A stretch of DNA of 57,601 nucleotides, filler included, from Jimgerdemannia flammicorona (lineage: Eukaryota): NCBI GenBank assembly GCA_003990765.1. It is 3 parts of 3 records of this genome, joined end to end, with 100 filler letters (N's around TTAATTAATTAA, not from the genome) between each part and the next. Parts side by side here need not be neighbours in the genome. Positions count along the whole stretch, not along the records: positions 1 to 19,136 come from RBNJ01002017.1; positions 19,237 to 38,370 come from RBNJ01002018.1; 1 more part is not named here. One strand, given 5' to 3'. The translations under genes were made by a program, and so were the position numbers. Shown one piece after another: positions 11,861-25,784 of the stretch (within the stretch, counting starts at the first letter, position 1; the number at the start of each line of letters is the position of its first letter). The notes under the pieces were generated by a model. That model made no database searches. It saw nothing but the letters and a program-made list of their open reading frames with translations, and was not told the DNA's origin.

Positions 11861-14800
11861 ATGCCCATAGCTTCCTTTATTGACTCTTGGATCCCCCAGC
11901 AGATCCGCAATGGCGCGAACCCAACCTCCGCCTCTAATTATGTTCGCATTGAGCTCTTTCACGCCCGCGTGACCGTCAGCATTTTGCTCTCCAGTATCTT
12001 TGTCGCCGCCGCCTGTCTCCTCTTCGGCTCTAGCAATGTCAGCTGGCAGATATCCGGTGTTCTGGTGCTTGGAGTGGTAGCGAGTTTGTGTGAGTAAAAG
12101 TTATTTTATTCAAAAGAGAAACGAAAGGGCAATGTTTCATAATTAACGCTGGACCTATTTTTCAAACTAATTAGTCCAACTCTATGGCCTATCAACTGGC
12201 CGAGTGACACTGGTCGTGTGCACCAGGAATGTGGTATTCTTCCTGGCGTTGACCACCGCGGCCTTGATTATTTTCGGCAATGGTGTGGGATTTTACGATA
12301 TGAAGTTGCCCATCGTATCACTTAAGTGTAGCAATTGTTGTCATCTTAATGTACTCAAAACGGATAACAATATCCATACACATTTCCACGCACAGGTTTC
12401 TGGTGGATCGGTCACAGCATTTTCTTTGCGATTCCTCCGTTCAGGTATGAAATGCTATGGTCATTTATCAGAATTCCATCGTTTAATATTTCGGACATCG
12501 TCCTTCGATTGCCTCCTTACGAGACGGCGTATACATATACAATTCCAGTTATGTCTTTGTCGGCAGAGAGTTTGCTAGCACAATGACCTACCTGTGCGCT
12601 ACCCTTTATGTGGGTCTCTTTGCTTGGTGAGCTTCGCACATCTTTGCCTTCGTATCTCGAATCACAACACGCGAGCGACGTACATAACACATTGTGACTT
12701 TCCCGCCAACCATTGTCGCAGGTCGCTTTCTCATGACTACGATGGGGAAAGCATCGTCTCCACCATGACGGAAATCTTCCGATCGGGCCACCTCATCTTC
12801 GAGCTCACCATCGTGATAGTGATGTGGACGCTCTTTGTTGCTTATATGCAAGAGAAGAACGGGCAGACTCGGCTTAGCAGTCCTTTTGATGAGGTATGTT
12901 ATTTACCCGAAAGTTTGATCAATTTGAGGTATTATCGATTATCGATTATCGGCGTTACTTCCCCGACTCGTGCATACACAGCTTAAAGAAAAGAGCGATT
13001 CGAAAGCTAGACTCATTTCAACAATGGGCCATGGTGTGTATTTCGTATTTGTATTCTATTATTCTATTCCAACGGGAAACGAATCCGAAAAAAAGGGATG
13101 CTAATAATTCATATCTTCCAGAACTCAGAACACCGATTCATGGTAAACCTATTCATCTTTTGCATATTATCTTCGATATTCTTCCATCTAATTATGTACA
13201 CAATTTCCATATAAGGCATGCTCGCCATCGCTGAGATGTTATCCACGACTACTCCTCTCAGCGATGACCAGCGTATACTTCTTGGGTCAATCCAGAATTG
13301 CGGCAGAAATCTAATCCAGATAGTCAATAACGCGCTCAAGTCAACCGAAGCAGGCGAGGTAGGATTTTATATGCTTGTACATACTCGATCGTATTTTTTT
13401 TTTTGGTTCGACTCCATTAACAAGCCCTGTTTCATGCTCACGCTATCGCACAGAACGGTATATACATCAGGGCAGTGGCTCCAATAAATCATTTGTGACC
13501 AATCTCAAGTGTCAACCGGAAGTGTTGCAGTGCCCATGTCGATTTCGAACAACCGACTTGCTCGCATGTCTAACTTGATATACTTGCATTCAGAATCACG
13601 CTCGCCGGAAGCGGCCGAGCCTTTCGATATCTATGTGACAATGCAACGGATTTCCGAAGGTGGGGTCGACTGACAGAATTGTTTATTTGGGCCCTGCCAC
13701 TGTTCCGATTGTTTAACCTTTACGATTCAATACATAGTGGTGGCAATAGTGGTGGATCGTAAAAAATTGGACTTTTGTCTGGACTTCTCGATTCCTTTCA
13801 AACATAATCTCGTGTTCGGGAACGGTAGCGCTTTGGAGCAAACTTTTGTTAATGTACGTATTATACATTGCTATATTACATTACTCCTTTCCCGTGTTCA
13901 AAGATTAACAAGAGTTTGATTGCAACATTTAAATAATGCCGGATAAATGCTCACTCTTTTATTTTATCTGCTGCACTCTATTTAGCTTCTTGGAAATTCC
14001 GTAAGTATTATTCGGATGCTGCAGCAGGGCACAATGATTATTAATATATCACATTTACCAACTATCCGACTTACAACCTTTTGTGCACTATGAACAGATC
14101 GAACTCACGCGAAGCGGCACAATTACTCTGTCGGCTACCAGTGGTGAGGTCATATCCTCTGGCAGTAGTTCCAGCGGCGAGTTTGTTGCTGAAAAGGTCC
14201 CTTTCAGATTTGTTGTGTGCTCGACGGGAGACGTAAGCCAAGTAGCAGACCCAGATGAGGTAAACTTTCATGTAAATCTATGTCCGAAGGGATATGCTAT
14301 ATCATCGTGTCTTATCTTTTTATAACCACAGAACATTCTCAGCAAAAATAATACAGACAACGAGGGGTATGTGGAGGTTGGGCTCAGGTACGCATAATTA
14401 AGCTTTTATATCACAATATCTCAACCGGTAGTACCTGTGCTATACTTGAGTATCTGTACCATACATTTAAGTACATGTTCATGCATAGTATGCCGTGTAT
14501 ATAATGTGGCTTTCTGCTCATCACCTTCGCCATCTCATCGATATTGATATCGCCGACCAACAGGGTAGCCGAAACCGTTCTCTCGCACATGGCGGGTAAC
14601 CTCCGTGTCGAATTCTCTAGATCTGAAATCACCCATGACGGGACCCTTCAATTCATCATCGAGATATCATTCCGTGCCGTCTACGACAACAGCTTCCCGT
14701 ACGACCCCATAGAGAATACTCCCATCCCGCATCGTTACTTGCCTGCCGAATTTCGCAATCTTCTTGGACGAGTCCGTAATACGCGATTTGCATTCTATGA

Positions 14801-16410
14801 CCCAACTCAAGAGTCGCAGAGCGACGTCCACATTCGAGATCTGAAAGTGGCCAAGCAATGGCTCGACGAGTTCGCTGCCCCAACGCTTATGGTTGCGAAC
14901 ATTGAGGATTTGGACGAGACTAGCGTGCTTGTAATGGAGTCCAGCGTTGAGTTAGAGGCACAGAACCCGTTAAATAGAGTGCGTGGGAAAAACATCTGCA
15001 TCGTGTGCATTACGAGGATCTCGAAGAGTGTGGACGTGAGCTTGGCGTTAAGGACCGAGTTGACTGAAAATAGAATCAAAATTGTTGCTAAGGTTGAACT
15101 ATTTTCTTTTTTCGCGCCTTCTGCAAAGTTTAATCCTTACCCAGACCTTTTTCTTGCATTTTGCATTAGCCCGTCACCCGTGTCAAATTCTGGATGAGTG
15201 TTTTGGAACTTATGAAATTATCTCATGAAGACTCGAAACGCAAATCCTCCGATAATGAAGGATCATTCCAGGGCCAAGGTGGCGAATCCCCCGATGAAGG
15301 ATCACCGCAGACTCGAGGCGAAGTATTCTCCTTTGAAGGGTCAGTCCAGGACCAAGATGCGACCCAAAATGACAAAGAGCCCATAGACGTTCTTATCGTG
15401 GAAGTGGGTATAATTTTTGACCTCCGACACGTAAAATGCATCAACTTAAGATAACGATTAATTGTTATGCCTTGACCGTACAGGAAAACGAAATCAACAA
15501 ACTAATCCTCATCAAGTACTTGGAAGGCCATGAATACACGTTTCATATAACATCCAATGGCGGCGAAGGTCCGCAATATTTTCCTTTCATTGCTTATTTA
15601 TTTTTCCGTATCCGATACCACTGGTCTTTGCCAACTTCGCATTATCTCTAGTCGTAGAGAAGTTTCACAAGAACTCCTACAGGGTCGTGCTCATGGTAAA
15701 CTTTTAAGCTTGTTTTACCGCTGTTGCCGTAGTAGACTGCATTGAAAGGCATCCGTGGAAACTCCATATTTATTGTGAAATTCCATCGTGTTTCATCTTC
15801 CAAGGGCATTGAAATCCCGGTTCGAGACGCCATCAATAGCGTCAAAGAGGTATCAACCATCCAATCGTTTATATCCCGCTTTTAATAAGCTATTATTAAT
15901 CTATTATACACATTTCACCCTCAAACTACGGGAATTTTTTTCTTTGCAGCTTCGTAAATATGAAAATTTGGCCCGTCTTGGTATTGACAAACCGCGGAAA
16001 GTTGACAGAGCGAAGGTCGGTTCATGTGCCCTGTGATGACCATCTACGTTCTCTCGACGGTTACAAAAGCGACTGAATATGTGTGCTGCTTTTAGATAAT
16101 CATGATGATGGCAGAAATCAATGTATGCTTGTTTCCCGAATCTCCGCCCACTCGTCTAATCACCATTGTAACGTCTAATTTCTGAAGACATCGTTCCCCT
16201 GAACCTTTCTTATTTTATGCAGCATAGGAGAGATCGTGCTATGCAAGCCGGATGTGACGATATCTTGCAGAAGTAAGTATCATAGTTATGAATTATGAGT
16301 TCCAAGGGAATCTTTAACATGGGGCGTTCTACATTGTGCATAGACCACTCTCATTTAACGATCTCAGAGAAAAAATGCCTTTATGGCTTCCAAAATCAGA
16401 CCGGAAATAA
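11861..16410 (+). CDS. Multi-exon membrane-anchored hybrid histidine kinase-like protein (TM sensor - HisKA - degenerate HATPase - degenerate receiver)
   Basis: Spliced: several TM helices; H-box SKARLISTMGH/ELRTPIHG (12982-13142); N-box QTFVN/LLGNS/IELT; receiver IDVLIVE/ENEINKLIL...AMQAGCDDILQK/PLSFNDL; stop TAA 16408-16410. GT-AG junctions checked across the HisKA, HATPase and receiver exons keep the frame. Confidence 0.85.
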
Positions 16411-16913
16411 CTTCTTTCACTAGTGACGGAAACAAAGGGGTATATGAGTGAAATAATGGTAGCACCGACGGGAGAAGGAAAGTTGATTACTGTTGAAGTA
16501 CGATGTAAACCTCGTAGACATTAGCTTGTTCTACGTTTTTTTTTTTTTTTTTCTTTGTATATACTGTACCTTCATGTTACATTTAGCAGAGCTGAAATTT
16601 CATTGCCGATAATTACAATAAACAAAACCGCTCAACTATTGAATTTGTTAAAATCACTTGACTAGTCTTGAATAGTTCTTTTTTCATAGTGAGAATGAAA
16701 ACAAAAATAAAATCTACATATATATAATAAATAAGTAAAGAGGTATTTTTCACATTTGTTTCTTTATTCTTTAACATGAAAACATGTTTCTTACTGCTAC
16801 TCAAGATCCTCAAAACTTGGTATCTCTTCATGCACTCTTTGTTATTAGCATTATCAAGGCAAAATTGCTGCACTCTGATTCCTAAGTGGTGTTTGACTCT
16901 ATGATGTCTTTTG

Positions 16914-16914
<1 letters not shown>

Positions 16915-16956
<42 letters not shown>

Positions 16957-18709
16957 GTTACTTAGACTTCTACTTTATTATCCTTTATTCTATATTATAC
17001 TAGTATAGACATACAAGTATATCTCTCACTCAATCTTATACAAAATCTCTCTTCTTCTCCCCTTCTCCTCAACTTTCCAGAGAGTTACCAACCCCTCTGT
17101 AATCTCAATTCTCTTTCTACTCTTTCTGTAAATATTCTCTATAAGTCTTCTATAGAGCTTCTCTCCAGAGCTTTACCCCTATCATCAACCATTCAAAATG
17201 TCCAACAATAATTATTTCTATCTTGCAAGTTATACTTCAAGTACTAATTACTAACTATCCTCAAATATATATAGTCAATATCTAGTAAGCCCAATTCAGA
17301 TAGCTAGAATCCACCTAATAGTCAACTACTTATCTCTAATCTCTCCTACCAGTCTCTTCTGAAGAGTACCCCATCTTCTACTCACTATCCATCCAGAAGA
17401 TTGTACCTCCAACTGATCCTTAATTACTTTCTAAAAGTCTTTTATAATCTCATACTCTCCCAGTCAATACTCAGGAGTCTATACTACTCTCCTCTTCTAC
17501 CTAATATTAAAGTACTTCTTATACTTTAAGATACCCCCTGCTACTAAATATTCTAATCTATAATTCAGTATTATACTGTACTATATGAGCCTCTACTATA
17601 TATACTACTTAGAACTTAGAAGAAATCTATCTTACTATCTACTTACTTTAAGATCAAATACTATTCTAGTCTCACTTTTCTCTAATCTCTACCCTCTATT
17701 AGATCACTGGCTACAAATCTCACCTATACTTTTGAAGATATTCCAAACTATCCTCTAAACTAAAATTATCCACCAGTATGTTCTCTAATAGAAGACAATT
17801 TCATCTCTATATCTGGGGTCTCTAGTCTATCTCCCCCCTCATCACTCTACTATCTGAGACTAATTTGATGAGTTCTATCAATTACTCTCTATTAGAATCT
17901 CCTATAGTATATCTTTTAGCTCTCCTTCAGTGTCACCAGAGAGAGTAAGTTACCAAATATACTATAGAGAGAGAAATATATCTCTCACACTCTTTACATA
18001 AGAGGTACCCATTCTTGACCTCTTAACTTATAAGCTTACTTCAGTTACTATACTCTTAAGCAGTATAGGTATTTGATAAAGTCTACCTGACCTAGTCCTC
18101 TCTGATCTATCAGTAATATCAATATCTCCCAGTTAATCTAACTCTACTGCTCTATCCATATTTATAATATAGTCATCTTTAATAGTCTCTTAACCACTTA
18201 TACTGAGAAGTCTAAGTAATATCTCAGATATCATAACTTAGATAGCTAATATATATTTAATACTATCACTCTATCTATTAGAGAGATATATTAGCTACTC
18301 TATCTAAGAAGAGTATCTCTCTACTCAATCAACTACTGCTCTCACTATTCTTGAGATAATAGGAAACTATATACTAAGAAGTATATCTCCAGATACTAAA
18401 CTGTCTTTCTATCTGGGACAACTGTTCTAATTATATCTCCTTCTACTATTTCTCTTCCTAATATTAGAGTCTCACACTTACACCAATTAAGCTTAGCATC
18501 TGAGTACCCCTCATACTATTCTACTATACTCTTCAGTACTGTCACATTCTCTATAAAGTCTAGCTCTATTATTATATTATCAGCAAAGGTTCACCTTCTA
18601 GTTTACTTTCAGAATATTCAATCTCCTCATATTATATTTAATCTTATTCAACAATAGCTCCAGAGAGAGGATATAAAGAATCAGTGACAGAGGGTCTCTC
18701 TGTAGTACT
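16915..18709 (-). mobile_element. Heavily decayed LINE (L1/Tx1-like), 3' half with poly(A) tail, cut at 18709 by a hAT-type end
   Basis: Poly-T 16915-16953 followed by a 3' end similar to that of the LINE at 19237. Minus-strand relics QRDPLSLILY (~18650-18700) and FADN (~18580) correspond to RT motifs QGDPLS and FADD. Confidence 0.75.
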
Positions 18710-19136
18710 TAGTGCTCCGAACGAATGGAGTTGATCCGGATGAGATTCGATTCAGATTCATCATGTGATGGATTCGAATCAACTCGGATTGGTCTCATGG
18801 TCTGATCCGGATTGATCCGGATTGATCCGGATTGATCTATCTGGATTGATCCATCCGGATTGACCATCCGGATTGACCCATCTGGATTGACCCATCCGGA
18901 TTGACCCATTCGGATTGAAATCTTTGGTGACGTCACCCTTTCTTTTGTTCATTTCGCTCTTGTTTTTTTTTCCTGCCGCACTTTGGTGACATCACCCTTT
19001 CCTTTGTTCCCTCTCTTTTCTTTGTTCTTTTTCTTTGTTCTTTCCTGCCGCATCACGAGCAAACAAAACAGCAGCCCTAAATTCGTACATTGGTCCAGTC
19101 TACTCATTTTTCACCCTGCAATGATCGTCAAAAGAG
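18710..19136. mobile_element. Terminal region of a hAT-like DNA transposon (TIR TAGTGCTCCGAAC plus subterminal GATCCGGATT-type repeats), runs into assembly gap
   Basis: Starts TAGTGCTCCGAAC, matching the inverted GTTCAGAGCACTA at 34253-34265 and resembling the MITE TIR TAGTACTCCCAA. Tandem GATCCGGATT/GACCCATCCGGATT repeats at 18800-18916. Confidence 0.6.
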
Positions 19137-19236
19137 NNNNNNNNNNNNNNNNNNNNNNNNNNNNNNNNNNNNNNNNNNNNTTAATTAATTAANNNNNNNN
19201 NNNNNNNNNNNNNNNNNNNNNNNNNNNNNNNNNNNN
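19137..19236. other. Assembly gap with TTAATTAATTAA linker
   Basis: N runs flanking TTAATTAATTAA; same structure at 38371-38470. Confidence 0.98.
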
Positions 19237-22200
19237 TTTTTTTTATAGTCACTTGGACTCTGTCTTTATTACCAGTCTATGAATAAGTATACAGTATCAC
19301 CACCCACTACCCAATCCCCATAGGGGAGTCCCTCCCCATCTCCTTATGAATAAAGATCACCCTCTCACCCACTACTTTAACTCTCCCCCCACTCTGTTCA
19401 CAGATTTTCTCCACCAAGCAGTGCCTCCAACCACCCTGCAGCCCCCAATCAAGCCACCAGCCTGTCAAGGTGTCTTCCATAAGACTACACCACTACAACA
19501 ATCAGTCCCCCAAGCCCTGTCTCCTTTCATTCTCAAAAACAAATAGCCAGTGACTGGCAAGCTCCACCCAAATAGCCAAAGCCCAGCCTAAGGTAAGCCA
19601 CTCCTTTCCTATCCTCTCTACCAATTGATTTCTCAAGGCCCCCATACTTCATCTCCCTTACACCTTACCCCCAAGTGATCCCCAATGGTCTGCCAAAAGT
19701 CCCCCATCACCTCACACTCTCCAAGCCAATGTTTTGGTATCTATACATAGCCTCCTTTTTGTTCTACATTATGGTACTCCTCACAGTCAAAGCAACCCCC
19801 TATGATAAGGTGATCTGAGCAGAAGTTGAGCATTACATTCCTCCTCAGCATATGCCACCAGACCACCCAGTACTTTAGTGGTATCCACTTTCTCACTGCA
19901 GTACTCCAGGTCCAAATATCATACCAGTTCCACTCTTCTCCAATTCCAACTCCTTGCCAGCTACTAGGCTACAGATCCTGGTCCGGTCCCCTTTGGCATT
20001 CCATTCTATCACCAATGTCGAACTCAAATAGAGGAATGCCACCCAGTAGTATATGATCCCACCTCCAGATCACCAGGTCCCATGCCATCTCTCCTTCATT
20101 CCCCTGCTAACAAATTCTAATATAGTGCACCCCCTTCACTATCCCCCACCAGAATCCTTTATATTGCAATTGTTCTATATTCTGAAGTTCAACCAATAAA
20201 AGGAGATCACCAGTCAAGCCTCTTGGTGACAACTACCTCTCCTAGACCTTCTGCAGCAGAGGAACCCAACTACCTCCTCTCAACTCCACCACTCTCTTTA
20301 GCCACCATACTCTCAAGCAGTGTAGCCATTTTGGAAAGTCAACCAGCCCAAGGCCACCTCTTGCCACCAGTAAGGACAAGGTCTCCCAGCTGATCTGACT
20401 CCTTCTGCCAGCCCAGATCCATCTCTTTGCCAGCTTCATCAATCTCTTCACCACCCAGGCTGAGAAGTCCAGATAATAAGCCAGATACCACAACTTTGGC
20501 AGCCAATAGACATTTAAAATCAAGACACACTCTGCTAGAGAAAAGTGTCTTCCCCCCCAACCCTGCAGGGCCTCCTCCTAAATTCCAATTCTCTGCTTCC
20601 ACCAAAGCCTGGGCAGAACTGACCCATAGACTGACAAATAGATGCTCAAGTACTGCACTGTCTTACCAGTGGGGATTATTATTCCTATAATCTCTCCTCC
20701 CTCCAGGCCATTGCCTAGCACCATTGTTTCACACTTATGCCAATTAAGCTTAGCCCCAGAGTTCTCCTCATATCACTCCACTGTCTTCTTGAACTCCTCG
20801 ACATCAGTAATTGATCCCAAGCCAATCACCATATTATCTGCAAAGGCCCCAACTTTCCACCCAATTTCAAAAACAGAGAGCCCCACAATTCTCTGCCTAA
20901 TTCTGTCTATTAGGGGTTCCAGAGAAAGAGTATACAAAATGAGAGACAGTGGGTCCCCCTGGGGCACCTTCTTACCCAGGGGGAATACTATCCCTCTATG
21001 TCCATTACACATGAGTGCAGCTCTACTCCCTTTCAGTAGGCTGATTATTGCTGACTGGAATTGACATGGAACCCCAATTCTATTCAATACTTTTGCCAGC
21101 CAGACTTATCACACCCGGTCATAAGCCTTTTCCTGATCCAAGAAGACTAGCTACCCATCTAGTCCACAGGCCCTTGCCCCTTCAATGACTCTATGTATCC
21201 AGGCTGTGTCATCCCTGATGAGCTGACCACTCACAAATCCCCTCTGCTCAACACTCATAACTTGCTGGACCACCCTCTATCCTTGCAACTACCACCTTAG
21301 TCACCAACTTTCTGTCCATATCTAGCAACATTATTAGCTGCCAGTTCTTCCAATCCTCTCGCCTTTCTTTGTTCTTATACAGCAGCATCACCAGTCTAAG
21401 ATCCTGCTCCCCCACCCATCTCTCTGTCTGTAGGATAAAATCACACAACACTATCATCTCTCCTATCACTCCTGGGACTCCCACCATTCACTTCCAGAAG
21501 TCCTAGGGCAGACCATCCTCTCCAGGTACTATACCCAGTATTGTTGTAGTAAGAACCTGATAGATCTCATCCTTCTGTACCGGCATCACTATGTCACCTA
21601 GCCCCTCTACTTGTAGTGGGTGCCAATTCTCCAATATTTGGTCAATGGCAGCAGTATCTGCCCCCCCCTCCTCCTCACTCTACAATCCACTCTATTGCTC
21701 CTTCAATGATCCAAGAATGTCCTATACACTATACACTAGTACACTATCAAAGTCAAGTACCCCTTCCCACCATTGCTGTACCCTTTTTGCCCAAAGGGCC
21801 CTTGTAAGAAACTTGGAAGGCCTCTCTCCTTCCTCCAGATCCTGTCAATAAAGCCATGCTGCCAAGCTTTGTACCCTTACTTCTTCCTCTTCCCACAGCA
21901 CCTGTTGTAGTTCTCCAATCTCCAACTTCACTCTCATTAATTGCCAATCTTCTTCCCCCTCCAACATTACCAGCCTCACCCACTCCTCCAGAAGCCTAGC
22001 CAATCTAGTAGAAGCCCAATGCACTCTTTGCCTTCTCTGCTTTCCTGCCTCCTTGCTGGCCTCACTCCAGTAGATCTTGGCCATCTCTTTCATCCTCATC
22101 TACTGAATACCAACTGAGGCCCCTTCCTGCTGCCAGTTCTCCACCCTCAACTGAATGTCCTTAGCCCACTCATCTTACTGGGCCTTATCATCTAACAAAG

Positions 22201-25030
22201 AGGAATTTAGGCACCAATGTCCAGGCCCATCCCCACTCCCCCCAAAGTGCCCCTGTCCCAAAAGCCCTCAGTGATCTGACCATAGACACCATTCCACCTC
22301 TCATGACTTTCAAACATCTAGGCCCCAGCAACTGGCTGTCAGAATCCAGTCAATTCTAGTCCCCAGGCCCCCTGCCCAATGTATATAAACCCTCCTATCC
22401 CCCCAGCACTCTCTACCAGTATCTACCAGCACACTTAGTCTTTCTACTTCCTCCCACGCTGCCAACCCTCCACTCCTGCTCTCAGTACCCCATCCTCTAT
22501 CTGTTCTATCTACCAGTATATTCTGAACTATATTGAAATCTCCTCTAAGTACATCCACCTCAGCCTCTGCAAGAATCCCACTCTCCTGGAGACCCTTCAC
22601 CCAATTGACATGCTCACCCCATATTGCAGGGCAGTAATAGGAGCCAACTATAACTGACTCTCAGCCAGCATGAATCCACTTACCCCAGATCAGTCTCTCT
22701 CCCCAACTTCTCATATCCCTTATCTCCCCTCTGCCTTTCCAAACCAGAATCCCAACCTTGCCCTTCTAAATCGCCACACCTCCCCATTCCTTTGTCCATT
22801 CTATCCTATCAGAATCATCCTTACACCTGACATCCTATAAGAGGAAGAGATCAGCCTCCAATCTCTTCAGCTAAGTAAAAATGTTCCTACACCTAGCAGC
22901 TCTCTGTAACCCATTTATATTTAAAGAAAAATTGTTAGTTGTACTATTCATAGTGAAATATATTATATTTAACAGTTGATCCCTACTGCTCCATATTCAT
23001 CTCCTCCTGTGCTGTGTCCAGATTATATTCTGCAGTCACCTCCTCCTCTTCAGCCCTCTGAGCCTCCAATCCAGCCAACAGTTCATTCATCTCCCCATCA
23101 GCCTTTTCCTCAAACTCCTCCTGGTACTCAATGCAGGCCTTCTGTCAGAGCTGCAATCCATGACACTTGTTCCAGCAGTATTCAGCCCTCTCCCCAGTGA
23201 CCACTACCAGCTCTGCCTCCCACTCCTTGTCTATCTCATACCCTTTCTTCTCCAGATACACTATAAGAATTTCCCCCTTCAATGCCATCCTCACTCCATC
23301 CCTCTGCAGTATCCATGCCCAATGCTCATCACCCATCACTCTCAGGTCCACCTCTCCCAACTCTTCTGCCACCAGGTTGTTCATCATCCAGTATATCCAA
23401 AGTAGATTCCCCACCTCCTTCCCTCTAAGAGTCACCAGCCTCCCTCCATCCAGCATTGTGGTGTCAGCCCCAGTGCTTGCAGACTCATCCCATATCTCTG
23501 GGACATCCACCAGTTTCTTCTCTCTGGCTGCCACCACTTGTCTCCCAGTTACCACCTCTAGAACTCTGAATTTCACCTGCTAGGCCCCCCACATAGGCAC
23601 ATCCTCCACCACCCTGTTTCAGGAAGCTGGGCCTTGCCTGATAAGAGGAGTAGGGGTAGGGGAGTCCTCCCAGTCTACCTCCCAAACCTCCAATATACCA
23701 TCAGCATATGGGTCATTACCAGACACCTCCTTATCCTCCCCTGTCTTCTTTCCAGCCTTCCTACCCCCCTCACTAGCCCAGACACTCGCTTTGGCCCCCC
23801 CTGTGCCCTTTACCTTGCTCACATCCTCCAGTGGTCTGCCTTCTAGCTTAGCCAGCAGATCCTTCTATCTCTTATGCCCCTGAGCCCTTTCCCACTGCTC
23901 CTTGTCCACTTGAATCTGCTTTCCATCCACCACCTCCAAGTGTGTCAACTTCACAAAAGCCTTCCATGCCTTCACTTACCACTCCACAGCACTACTCAAC
24001 TCTTCTAGGGCTTCCAATAAATCCTCTTCCTCCTCCTCACTTCCCTTTACCCTCATCACCTTGCATAAAATTACTCCCCAGACCATCACCGAAGGCCAAT
24101 CCCTTGCCTTCCAAGTAGCTTCTTTCCCAGCTAGTTGAATCCTCACATCCACATCACCAGTCCTGAGCAAGATAAGGTCCCTTCCCAGACCCTGAATCTG
24201 ATATCCACTACCTCTCTATATTCCACCATGACCTCCTCAACTCTCCTTCTCATCTCTACTGCCATCACCATAGGCACTTCTTTCACCAGCAATTGGACCA
24301 CCCTGGGATCCCATTTCAGGCAGTGTACCATTGAAACACACACCTTCCCAACTACCAATCCAACCTTCAGCACCTCCTCCAGTGGCTCAGCCTCCTCAAA
24401 ACCCACCTTCACTCCCTCTAGTCCCTTTAAAAACTTCACTGATGTAGCTCCTGCCACCTACTTAGTGATAAGCCCCAGTACTATTTTCACTGTCACTACT
24501 AAGCCCCAGAAGCACAGTATAACTATAAATGCCAAGATTGATTTTTTGAATAATGGGACCACCGCCAGGCCCATTATGCCATCTGTCAAATCCTCTTATC
24601 TTCCAAGCCTCAACCACTCAGTCTCGTCATCAGCCATCACATCTGGATTTTTTTCTAGATTGGTAGTCCTGTTGCCATCAGCAGTCATACTTCCCCCAGC
24701 CACTACTCCTTCAGCTCCACTGCTCCCCCTTCCAAGGACTACTCCCCCATGCACTGCCACCTTCTCGAACTCCTTGTCCTTCCTCAACCAACCCTCCAGC
24801 CCTGAAGCCTGCTGCCTCCTCTTCACCATCTCTGCAAAGCTCACCCTCCCAGACCCTTGGCCTCCACCACTACCTCCACCCCTTCCACATCCACCTGCCA
24901 GCAGCCCCCTCATATCCCCCCCCAGGCCTGGGCCTCTTTCCACCTGCTGTCAAATGAAAGTGCTTGGGCCACCCTACTCAGTATGTATCTCAGATAGCCT
25001 ATCAGTCACCATGTTATTAGTCTCTTTTCT
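19237..25030 (-). mobile_element. Near full-length, inactivated LINE retrotransposon (L1/Tx1-like): ORF1 ~25012-22960; ORF2 (APE endonuclease-RT) ~22951-19320; poly(A) tail
   Basis: ORF2 begins MNSTTNNFSLNINGL. APE motifs GDFN, RIDWI and SDH; RT motifs PQGDPLS and AFADN (from FADD); GGLGLVDF; T-run at 19237. Many stop codons and almost no CpG. Confidence 0.9.
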
Positions 25031-25360
25031 CTAAAAACAATGTTGTAAGTGCTTTTTCAAGGTTGTGTAACCTGAATGATACTGGAGAAAAATGATCTTG
25101 CATATCTTTATCAGTAGCAGCTATAGAATCTAGTACCTAAATTATATATATTTGAATAAGTTAATATTAATTAATAAGTTAAATTCTATTCTATAATATT
25201 ATCATTAATAACCTATATACTATAGCAAGTATTAGTACTTATTAAATTATTATAAATGTTGAATTCCAATGTGTACTGACATCCAAAATAAGTTCTTTTA
25301 AATTGAGAGAGATTGCTTTATACTACATATTTAGTAAGTTTTTTTCACTATAGTGGTGAT

Positions 25361-25784
25361 TAGTACTCCCAAACAAGTCAAATCAATTCGAATTGAATTG
25401 AATTGAGGGTTAAATGAGTTGAATCGAATTGGGGATTTTTCAATTTGAATCAATTTGAATTGAATCAAAAGTCAAATCAAATTGAGGGTCTGATTTGAAC
25501 CCTAATTTTCAAAATGCAATAACTCAGCATAAACTCATCCAAATCTAACATACTTTAGCTTTTTAGAATCACATTAATACAGTGAATCTAACAAGCTAAA
25601 ATATGTTAAATTTGGATGAGTTTTCATCGAGTTATTACATTTTGAAAATTAAGGTTCAAATCAAACTTCAAATTGAATTGGACCTTTGATTTGATTCAAA
25701 TCGAATCAAATTAGACCCTTGATTCGATTGAATTGAATCGAGTTTGAGCCAAATTCGATTCGATTCAATTCATTGGGAGTACTA
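25361..25784. mobile_element. hAT-type MITE, 424 bp, fold-back structure, 8-bp TSD GTGGTGAT
   Basis: Perfect 12-bp TIRs TAGTACTCCCAA (25361-25372) and TTGGGAGTACTA (25773-25784); TSD GTGGTGAT at 25353-25360 and 25785-25792; long internal imperfect palindrome. Confidence 0.95.

Noticed and set aside
16613..16900. Short minus-strand ORF (MKRYQVLRILSS...) as a kinase fragment
   Set aside because: Only a vague resemblance, AT-rich and at the decayed island edge; no diagnostic motifs.
18709..18936. 75-aa ORF with repeated NPDGSI peptides
   Set aside because: Translation of the subterminal DNA repeats of the transposon end.
19137..19236. Palindromic TTAATTAATTAA motif within N runs (also near 38396)
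   Set aside because: Artificial scaffold linker with stops in all frames, not biological.
24135..25034. 299-aa Ser/Thr/Pro-rich plus-strand ORF
   Set aside because: Antisense shadow of the purine-rich LINE ORF1.
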